This document shows, piece by piece, positions 53,931 through 64,000 of a DNA stretch of 64,000 nt. The DNA comes from Nymphaea colorata. Lineage: Eukaryota. Below the pieces are notes generated by a model, which was not told the origin of the DNA, made no database searches, and saw nothing but the letters and a program-made list of their open reading frames with translations. The first letter of the stretch is position 1; each line of letters begins with the position of its first letter. Made by a program: the position numbers and the translations under genes. Location of the stretch: contig NC_045138.2 in NCBI RefSeq assembly GCF_008831285.2, forward strand, positions 19,406,001-19,470,000, read 5' to 3'.

Positions 53931-54820
53931 GTGAAGAATAGCAAGCAAATTACAACTTTAGTATACTACAATTGGAGAATTGGTCATTCTCACAAACCTG
54001 CTTCAAAATTGGCTTGGTTGCAAGAAGTAGAAACGATGTTGCACCACCACTTAGCTTACTAAGAGCTGGGTTTCTTTTTAGGTTGGGCTTCAAGTACGTG
54101 CATTTTTCACATTGAAGATATACATAACTTCTCACTTTTTGGGGATGATTAGATCCAACAAAAGGAGGTATGTGGCTAACCAATATTGCAATTCTTTTCA
54201 TGCCAGCTGGTCACAAATATATATGACCAACTGAGGCATTGGTCATTTTTTGACAGATACTATATTGAATATTACAAATCAATTTTTTTTTATTATTTAT
54301 TGGTGAAGATGTTGTTTTTAAGACCCTCAAGAAATCATGACTTTGAATACAACCCCGTGCTCAAGCGACTTCAGCTTAGCTGCGTCGAGATTGAAAAGCA
54401 GAGTGTAAAATATTTATGCATACATAATAAGCTAAGCTTGTGCGATACTCATTGGACATGATTATAGAAAACATGCATTATTTCATTTTATGTTGTTATA
54501 TTTTATTTTTAGAGCATGTTAGCTTCGGTTTAAGTCAGGTGGTAGTCGAGATCATCAACCAGACCCGACAAGGGCATTATGGTAAACTCGTACCTTTTCT
54601 AACTACCAGCAGTTTTCACGGCACTGGACACATTTGCATTTGTGGGTCCCGGTGTAGAGCTCCGCCACGTGTCCCATCGAGTTGGCGGAGGTGACTGGTC
54701 ACCCAACCAAAGCTCTTAAGTTCTTAACCACAGGTAGGTGCAAATCTTACCATAGGTATGATTTATTGTATCCAATTTATTGAATATTTACGCATTCAAT
54801 TCAAATGCGAATAAAAAAAG

Positions 54821-54823
<3 letters not shown>

Positions 54824-54909
<86 letters not shown>
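54824..54909. repeat. Long (AT)n microsatellite
   Basis: Uninterrupted AT dinucleotide run of about 86 bp. Confidence 0.98.
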
Positions 54910-54914
<5 letters not shown>

Positions 54915-55628
54915 CTGAATATGTGAATATTTATTTTAACATACTAGTTTGTATTTGAGTTCCAAATACAAAACTGAATTTGCGAGCATCATAATGTATT
55001 AAAAGCCAGCTTTCATAATGCATGGTATTAATTTAATAGCATATTTATTTGAAACTGAATATGAATCTGAATTCGTTTGGGTTCTAACTTAAAAAATTAA
55101 TTTGATTGGATCTCATTTCTTAAATCCAGATTCAATCTCAATTTTTAGTTGATTTTTTTTTTTTGTTTTTCATGTTAGACTTTTTTGAAACTTGATCGGA
55201 TATCTTAACCGAATCCAATCGACGTCCTTAGATATGTCAGTTGAGCATTTCAGAACACGAATAAAGAAATAAGTTTTTTTTTTTTTCGTTCGAAATCATT
55301 TGATAAAACTGGATGAGTGGGGAGACATGTGACATCGATATGGTGAAGACGAGGGACATGGTATTTAAACTAACACTAATTAATATTCTGTTGTAAAATA
55401 AACATTGTATGTCCGTAAAATGGGGCTGCATGAGACAAGTTCCTCAATATCAAGTTCATTTTTATTCTCTTTTGTTCAGTGACAAGAAACTAGTGGACTA
55501 AAGGTAACTACTATTTTGTAAACCAAGATGATTGCAGATAGAAAAGGTACTACTTGCATTCGTGATCACTTGCAGCCAATAAAGACCGCCTATGGACAAA
55601 GAAGATGCATTTGGTTCTCCTTTGAACA

Positions 55629-55748
55629 GGGCCTTCTCCAATGAGAAAACCTTCACATGTTCCGCTATGTCATTGATAAGTGAACTATGGGCCTTCTCCA
55701 ATGAGGAAACCTTCACATGTCCTGCTATGTCATTGATAAGTGAACTAT
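55629..55748. repeat. 60-bp tandem duplication
   Basis: GGGCCTTCTCCAATGAG...GATAAGTGAACTAT occurs twice with three substitutions. Confidence 0.95.
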
Positions 55749-56220
55749 CTGGAGGAAGGTTTTTCAAGAGAACCTGCATCAAATTATGTACATAAGATAG
55801 CATACAAAAAGTCCACGTCCTAATAATATTTTTTAACTTTTTTTATTGGTCGTTTCCTCTTGTTAATAATATTTTATAATTTTTCTCTTTTTATTTTTAA
55901 GCTTTCCCTTTAGCCTCCCATCCTTTCATCTTTTCTCTTTTTGGGCTCCTCTCTTCACCTGATCAGCTCTCTAGTCTCCCTATTTTCTCCCTTTCAGACC
56001 TAATATTCATGTACGTACATTCTTCCTCGCTTACCTTATTTCCTCTCATTCTATCCCCTTTAGGTAAGTTTCATTCAGTCCCCTCTTATCTCTCTTTCCC
56101 TCTCTCTAACTCAACTCCTAAAAACCCTCCACCTAAACCCTCTGCGTTGAGGCTTAGGGTCTCTACAAACCCTTCGCCTCAGGGCTGAGGGTCGAGGAAA
56201 CCCTCTGCAAAATTCCGGCG

Positions 56221-59200
56221 ATGTTCGGGAGGCTGTTTGGCATTGAGATCACTCGCCAGAGAAGGGTAAGCCACCGTATCACCCGATTGCAAGCAGTCCC
56301 TATCTCAGAGAGACTTCGAGTCTCATACGCTCTTCCACTATCGGACTAGATGATACTTTTGTAGCAGAGCACAATGCCATATGAATGAGCCTCAGCGTGC
56401 TAAGAATCTCAGATGTGTGATAAGAAAGTCATGGTAGTACCCTTATACGACCTTCTTTTCCCTTTTTTTTTTTTTCATGCGAGATGCGACTGCTCTCTAC
56501 CCAAAGCCTTACCTCCCCCGTCTAGCTTTATAAATATTACTGCATGCTTATTTTGTTTTTGCATTTCATCTCATTATGTCGACTATTCGGCGATTTTTTG
56601 CTCCATCATTCTCCAAGCCGCTGGAGCAAAAACTTATAATTCTTTTATCACTTTGCCATGGTAACACATGTGATCCAATTTTTTCTATTTTTCTACTCCA
56701 TTAGATATGCTGCACAATGGTTTTTTTACTATATGGGAGGCATTGAGTTCTGTGCCAAAAAAGAAAGGAGCACTGCGTGTGAACTTTTGTCGTATTGATC
56801 CTATCAATTCTATGAGACTGTGTTTTTTTTTAATGAAATTTATTGTTTTGTTTTGTGTAAACGGGTGTAGGTAATAATTGGTATACCTTTGTTGTTGAAC
56901 TTATGACTGTGTTTTTAAAGCATTTAACTAAAATATTAAAATATATGAAAAATATAATAGATAATATGAAAGAAGAGCACCGTCAACATCAAGAAGAGCA
57001 CAGTCAACATCAAGAGCACAGGGAACATCAAGAGCCCAAACCCCCAATTGAAGAATCCACTTGAATAAGAGGAAGAAAAAGAGACGCTATTTGGGAGGCT
57101 GTTTGGCATAGAGATCGCTCGCCGAAGAAGGCAAGACACCACCACGATGCTACCCGATTGCAAGCAGTCCCTATCCCTAAGCGGGTTCGCGTCTCATACG
57201 CTTTCCCATTATCAGAACAGGTGGTACTTTTGTAGAAGAGCACGATGCTTATGAACAATTGTCCACTCGTGCTTAGAATCTACGCATGCTAAAAACAACA
57301 CAGTGGTACCCTGATACGACCTTCTTTTCTCTTTTTTCCATGCAAGATGCGATTGCTCTCTCCACCTTTCGTCCGTCTTTATAAATATTACTGCATGCTT
57401 ATTTGTTTTTGCCTTTATCTCATCATGCTACTTATTCGGTGATTTTTTGTTCTGTCCCTCTTCTCCAAGCTTCTGGAGTAGAAACTTATAATTGTTTATA
57501 AGTTTGCCATGGTAATACATGCGATCTCATTTTTTCTATCTTTCCACTTTATTGAATATGTGCACATGTGTTATTGGTTTTCTCTACTGTTTGGAGGACA
57601 TTGAGTTATGCGCCAAAAAATTATGCAATAGTGTGTATAAACTTTTGTCATACTGATCTTATCAATTCTACGAGAGCTTTGGTTTTTTTAATAAAATTTA
57701 ATATTTTTTTTTTGTGTTAACGGGTCTAGGTAATAATTGGTATGCCTTTGTGGTTGAATTTATGACTGTGCTTTTAAAGCATTTAGCTAAAGTATTAGAA
57801 TATATGAAAGATATGAAAGATAATATAAAAGAAAAATACAATTAACATGAAGAGTACAATGAACATCTAGAGCCTAAACTCCCAAACAAAGAATCTCCTT
57901 TACTACAAAGAAGAAGAGGAAAAGTTATTTGAGAGGCTATCTGACGTGGAGATCGCTTGCTGAAGAAGGGCAAGCCACCACTACGGTACAAGACCATTGC
58001 GAGCAATCCCCATTCCTGAGAGGCTTTGAGTGTCATACACTCTTCCACTACTGGACCGGATGACACTTTCGCAATAGAGCACTATGCCGTATGAACGATT
58101 GCCTAACATGTTAAGAATCTCCGATGCATGATAAGAACGGCATGGTGGTACCCTCATAGGACCTTGTTTTCCCTTTTTTCTATGAGAGATGCGATTGCTC
58201 TATCCCTAAACCCATACCTCCCGTCTGTCATTATAAATATTAATGCATGCTTATTTTGTTTTTGCATTTTATCTCATCATGTCGATTATTCGGTGATTTT
58301 TTGTTCCGTCATTCTTCTCCAAGCCATTGAAGGAGAAACTTATAATTGTTCATCAGTTTGCCATGGTAATATATGTGATTTCATTTTTTCTGTCTTTCTA
58401 TGCCATTGGATATGGTGTACAGGTGTTACTAATTTTTTCTACTTTTTGTTGGGCATTGAGTTTTATGCTAAAAAAAGAAGGAACTTTGAATGTGAACTTT
58501 TGTCCTACTGATCATATCAATTCTATGAGTGCTTTGGTTTTTTTAATGAAATTTATAATTTTGTTTTGTGTAAATGGGTGTAGGTAATGTTTTGGTATAC
58601 CTTTGTTGTTGAATTTATGACTGTGCTTTTAAAGCATTTAGTTAAAATATTAGAATATATTTAGTTAAAATATTAGAATATATGAAGGATATGAAAAATA
58701 TTATGAAAGAAGAGCAGGGTCAACATCAAGAAGAGCATTGTCAACATCAAGAACTCAGTGAACATCAAGAGCCTAAACCTCCAAGTGAAGAATCCACTTG
58801 AATAAGAGGAAGAGGAGGAGAAGCTATTTGGGAGGCTGTCTCGCGTAGAGATCACCTACCAAAGAAGGGCAAGCCACCACCACGATACGACCTGATTGCA
58901 AGCAGTCCCTATCACTGAGAAGCTTCGCTTCTCATATGCTCTTCCATTACCGAAACAGATGATACTTTTGTAGAAGAGCACGATGCCGTACGAACAATTG
59001 TCTAAGCGTGCTAAGAATCTCCAATGCGTGCTAAAACCAACGTAGTGGTACCATGATACGACCTACTTTTCCCTTTTTCCCATGCGAGATGCGATTGCTC
59101 TCTCCCCAAACCCTTTCCTTCTGTCCGTCTTTATAAATATTACTGCATGCTTATTTGTTTTTGCATTTTATCTCATAATGCCGATTATTCGGTGATTTTT

Positions 59201-62200
59201 TGCTTCGTCCTTCTTCTCCAAGCTTTTGGAGTAGAACCTTATAATTGTTCATCAGTTTGCCATGGTAATGCATGCGATTCCATTTCTTCTATCTTTCCAT
59301 TCTATTGGATATGCTGCACAGGTGTTATTGGTTTTTTCTACTGTTTGGAGGGCGTTGAGTTATGCACCAAAAAATGATGGGGCACTATATATAAACTTCT
59401 TCATATTGATCCTATCAATTCTGCGAGAGCTTTGGTTTTATTTAGTGAAATTTATTATTTTGTTTTTTATTAACTGGTCTAGGTAATAATTGGTATACCT
59501 TTTTTGTTGAATTTATGACTGTGCTTTGAAAACATTTAGTTAAAGTATTATAATATATGAAAGGGATGAAATATAATATGGAAGAAGAGCACGGTCAACA
59601 TCAATAGCACATGGAACATCAAGAGCTTAAACCCCCAAGCAAAGAATCTACTTGAATAAAAGGAAGAAGGAGAAGTTATTTGGGAGGCTGTCTAGTTGGA
59701 GATCGCTCGCCGAAGAAGGGCAAGCCACCACCATGGTACCAGCCAATTGCGAGCAATCCCTATTCCTAAGAGGCTTCAAATGTCATACGCTCTTCCACTA
59801 TTGGACCGTATGACACTTTTGCAACAAAGCACGATGATGTATGAACAATTGCTTAGCGTGCTAAGAATCTCCGACGCATGCTAAGAACGGCGTGGTGGTA
59901 CCCTGATACGACCTCCTTTTTTTCCTTTTTCCATGAGAGATGCGATTGCTCTATCCCCAAACCCTTACGTCCTGTCTGTCTTTATAAATATTACTGCATG
60001 CTTATTTTGTTTCATGTCATCTCATCATGTCGATTATTCGGTGATTTTTGCTCCATCATTATTCTCCAAGCCGTTGGAGGAGAGACTTGTAATTGTTCAT
60101 CAGTTTGCCATGGTAATACAAGTGATTCTATTTTTTTTGTTTTTTTATGCCATTGGATATGCTGCACAAGTGTTACTGATTTTTTCTGGCATTGAGTTAT
60201 ATGACAAAAAAGGAAGGAGCACTGAGTGTTAACTTTTGTTGTACTGATCCTCTCAATTCTATGAGAGCTTTTGTTTTCTTAATGAAATTTATAATTTTGT
60301 TTTGTATAAACGGGTGTAGATAATGTTTCGTATACCTTTGTTTTTTAGTTTATGACTGTGCTTTTAAATCAATTAGTTAAAATATTAGAATATATGAAAG
60401 ATATGAAAGATATTATAAAAGAAAGCATGATCAACATCAAGAAAAGCACGATCAATATCCAGAGCGCAATGAACATCAAAAGTCTAAATGCCCAAACAAA
60501 GGATCCACTTGAATAAGAGGAAGAAGAGGAGAAGCTATTTGGGAGGCCGTCTGGCATGGAGATTGCTCATCGAAAAAGGGCAAACCGCCACCACGGTACT
60601 ACCCGATTGCAAGCAGTCCCTATCCCTAAGAAGCTTCTCGTCTCATACGCTCTTCCATTACTGGAACGAAAGGTACTTTTGTAAAAGAGCACGAAGCCGT
60701 TTGAACAATTGTCTAAATGAGCTAAGAATCTATGATATGTGCTAAAAACGGCGTAGTGGTACCCTGATACGACCTCTTTTTTCCATGCGAGATAAGATTG
60801 CTCTCCCCTCAAACCCATACCTTCCGTCCATCTTTATAAATATTAATGCATGCTTATTTGTTTTTGCATTTTACCTTATCATGCCGATTATTTGATGATT
60901 TTTTGCTCTGTCTTTTTTCTCCAAGCTTCTGGAGCAGAAACTTATAATTGTTTATCAGTTTGCCATGGTAATACATGCGATCTTATTTTTTGTCTTTCCA
61001 CTCAATTGGATATGCTGCACAGGTGTTATTGGTTTTTTTTACTGTTTGGAAGACGTTGAGTTATGCGCCAAAAAACGATGGGGCACTGCGTGTGAACTTT
61101 TGTCATACTGATTCTATCAATTCTACGAGGGCTTTGTTTTCTTTAAAGAAATTTATTTTTTGTTTTGTGTTAACAGGTTTAGGTAATAATTGGTATATCT
61201 TTGTTGTTGAATTTATGATTGTGCTTTTAAAACATTTAGCTAAAGTATTAGAATATATGAAAGATATAGAAGATAATATGAAAGAAGAGCACAGTGAACA
61301 TCAAGAAAAGCATAATGAACATCAAGAGCACAGTGAACATCAAGAGCCTAAACCCCCAAGCAAAGAATCTACTTAAATAAAAGGAAGAAGATGAGAAGTT
61401 ATTTGGGAGGCTGTCTGGTGTGGAGATCGCTCACCGAAGAAAGGCAAGCCACCGCCACGGTACCAGCCGATTGCAAGCATTCCCTAATCCTGGGAGGCTT
61501 CGAGTGTCATACGCTCTTTCACTTGCAGACCGAATGACACTTTTGCAACAGAGCTCGATGCCATATGAATGATTGCCTTGTGTGTTAAGAATCTCCAACG
61601 CATGCTAAGAATGACATGGTAGTACCCTGATACGACCTCCTTTTCCCTTTTTTTGTATGAGAGATGCGATTGCTCTATCCCCAAACCCTTACCTCCCGTC
61701 CGTTTTTATAAATATTACTGCATGCTTATTTTGTTTTTGCATTTCATCTGATCATGTCGATTATTTGGCGATTTTTTGCTTCGTCATTATTATCCAAGCT
61801 ACTGGAGGAGAGAATTATAATTGTTCAACAATTTACCATGATAATACATGTGATTCCATTTTTTCTAATTTTATATGCCATTGGATATGCTGCACAAGTG
61901 TTACTGATTTTTGCTACTTTTTCGACGGCATTGAGTTCTACGCCAAAAAAGCTTGGTGCACTGAGTGTGAACTTTTGTCTTACTGATCCTATCAAGTATA
62001 CGAGAGATTTGGTTTTTTTATGAAATTTATTGTTTTGTTTTGTGTAAACGGGTCTAGGTAATAATTGGTATACCTTTGTTGTTGAATTTATGACTATTCT
62101 TTTAGAGCTTTTAACTAAAATATTAGAATATATGAAAGATAATACGAAAGAAAAGTACGGTCAACATCAAGAAGAGCACGACAACATCAAGAGCTTGGTG

Positions 62201-63106
62201 AATTTCAAAAGCCTAAACCCCCAAGTGAAGAATCTATTTGAATAAAAGGAAGAAGAGTAGAAGTTATTTGGGAGACTATCTGATGTAGAGATCGCTCGTC
62301 GGAGAATGGCATGCCATCACCACGGTACCAACCGATTGCAAGCAGTTCCTATCCCTGTGAGGCTTCGAGTCTCATACACTCTTCCACTACCGGACTGAAT
62401 GGTACTTTTGTAGCATAACACGATGCCATATGAACCTTTGCCTAAGCGTGCTAAGAACGTCATGGTGATACCCTGATACGACATTCTTTTCGGTTTTTTT
62501 CCATGTGAGATGCGATTGCTCTATCCCCAAACCCTTACCTCCCGTCCGTTTTTATAAATATTACTGCATGCTTATTTTGTTTTTGCATTTCATCTCATCA
62601 TGTCCATTATTCGACAATTTTTTGTTTTGTCATTCTTCTTCAAGCTGCTAAAGCATAAACTTATAATTGGTCATCAGTCTGTCATGGTAATACATGTGAT
62701 CTAATTTTTTATGTCTTTCTAGTCCGTTGAATATGCTGCACTGGTGTTACTGGTTTTTCTATTGTGTGGAGGGCGTTGAGTTCTGCTAAAAAAGGATGCA
62801 AAATTGAGTGTGAACTTTTGTCGATCTTGTCAATTCTGCGAGACCTTTATTTTTTAAATGAAATTTATTATTTGTTTTGTGTTAACGGAAGTAGGTAATA
62901 ACTGATATACATTTGTTGTTGAATTTATGACTGTACTTTTAAAACATTTAGCTAAAATATTAGAATATATAATAGATATGAAAGATAATATGGAAGAAGA
63001 GTACAATAACATCAAGAGCACAGTGAACATCAAAAGCCCAAACCTCCAAGTAAAGAATCCACTTAAATTAAAGAAGAGGAAAAAGAAGGGGAGCTATTTG
63101 GAAAGG
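56221..63106. repeat. Tandem array of 8 diverged units of about 860 bp
   Basis: The anchor motif (T)GGGAGGCT...GAGATC recurs at 56227, 57093, 57931, 58830, 59682, 60541, 61405 and 62270, and partially at 63100. Periods are 866, 838, 899, 852, 859, 864, 865 and 830 bp. The blocks TTATAAATATTA(C/A)TGCATGCTTATT, CATGGTAA, GAACTTTTG and AACATCAAGAGC recur across the units. Confidence 0.97.
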
Positions 63107-63792
63107 TTTATGTTTGCTTTTAGTTTGTTTTGTTTTTTTGTTTGTAATAGATTTTGTTGTTTTGTTTTTATGTAATAGATTTTGTTGTTAATGAACTGGC
63201 CTTTCTAATCTCTGTCTCTCTTTTGATTACTGATCCGCTGTAATTACTGCATCTCATAGATCATGGGCATGCTTTTGACGTTCAAGTGTAATTTTTATGT
63301 TTGCATGATATTCTTTAATATATCCGCACACCTTTAAGATACTTACTAAAAGGAAACCTGATCCTTGGAAACCCGAAAGAGAGACTTTCAAGAAATCAAG
63401 CCATGGTGTTGGTTTGCACTCTCTCGCATGGGAAAATATTTTGGAGGAAAAGATTTACCAAGGGAACTTTCCGGAGAACCCACGCGGTGAAGAATTTATG
63501 TGCTACGTTGTTGGGATGAGCCATGCCGAAGCGTGTGGGCGTTATCCTGTAGTGGTCAAAGATCACCATATCAAAAACTAATTTTACATTAAAGGGAGGG
63601 TTGTAAGTCCAGCAAGTTGACATGACTACCTTCACCGTTTCTTGAGCTGTCATAGTTTTAAATAGAGAGCTGCCTCACTTTCTCTCTCTAATTGCAGAGC
63701 GTCGTGGTGGGGTTCAGATTTCTGACCTTCTTTTGAAATTTTCACTTAAATGACTACATTTTCACCATAATATCGCATCTAAGCCTTAGTAA

Positions 63793-64000
63793 TAAGGGTG
63801 GGCATCGGGTCGGGTCGGTCCGATCTGACCCGTTGGGCCGGGCAGCCCAGCCAAGGTCTTGGCTCGGGCCGTTTAAAAATAAAAACTATTTTTTAATCAT
63901 AAAATAATTTTTTAAATATAAAATATATTTAATAATAATAAATATATATTATTAAAAAAATTAAAAAATATATATATTTTAAACATAAACGGACCAAACC
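63793..64000. mobile_element. Left part of a hAT-type MITE
   Basis: Starts TAAGGGTGGGCATCGGGTCGGGTCGG, followed by GGGCCG/CCCG motifs and an AT-rich core. The architecture matches the elements at 1-300 and 53633. Confidence 0.55.

Noticed and set aside
56221..63106. Array as CRISPR, 5S/45S rDNA, snRNA or tRNA cluster
   Set aside because: There is no repeat-spacer organisation, no rRNA or tRNA similarity, and no snRNA USE element (RTCCCACATCG). Whole units are homologous to one another.
55300..63790. Terminal inverted repeats or CACTA/Helitron ends enclosing the array
   Set aside because: Only weak partial matches (for example ATGGTGAA / TTCACCAT, and CTAGTG at about 55490) and no TSD.

Overview
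This is flowering-plant nuclear DNA: AT-rich, with GT-AG introns, many microsatellites and MITEs. I reconstructed five intact protein-coding genes exon by exon. (1) A plant-specific casein kinase 1 of the MUT9-like/PPK/HD16 family (16 coding exons, minus strand). (2) Chloroplast MET1/ZKT, a PDZ-K-box-TPR protein (7 exons, minus). (3) A Pumilio/PUF protein of the APUM7-12 type that also carries a CCCH zinc finger (5 exons, minus). (4) SEC13 (single coding exon, minus). (5) Complex I subunit NDUFB8 (4 exons, plus). SEC13 and NDUFB8 lie head-to-head around a short GC-rich putative bidirectional promoter. The intergenic DNA holds hAT- and Tourist-type MITEs, a family of tRNA-headed SINE-like relics, a decayed plastid ycf2 fragment, a near-perfect 102-bp palindrome, a templated-insertion-like scar and many short duplications. 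The least explained feature is a 6.9-kb array of eight diverged units of about 860 bp (56221-63106). It shows an alternating odd/even higher-order structure, starts exactly at an ATG, and keeps traces of long overlapping reading frames on both strands that match no family I recognise. Whether it is a decayed gene array or transposon-internal satellite cannot be settled from the sequence alone. All coordinates and alignments were read by eye.
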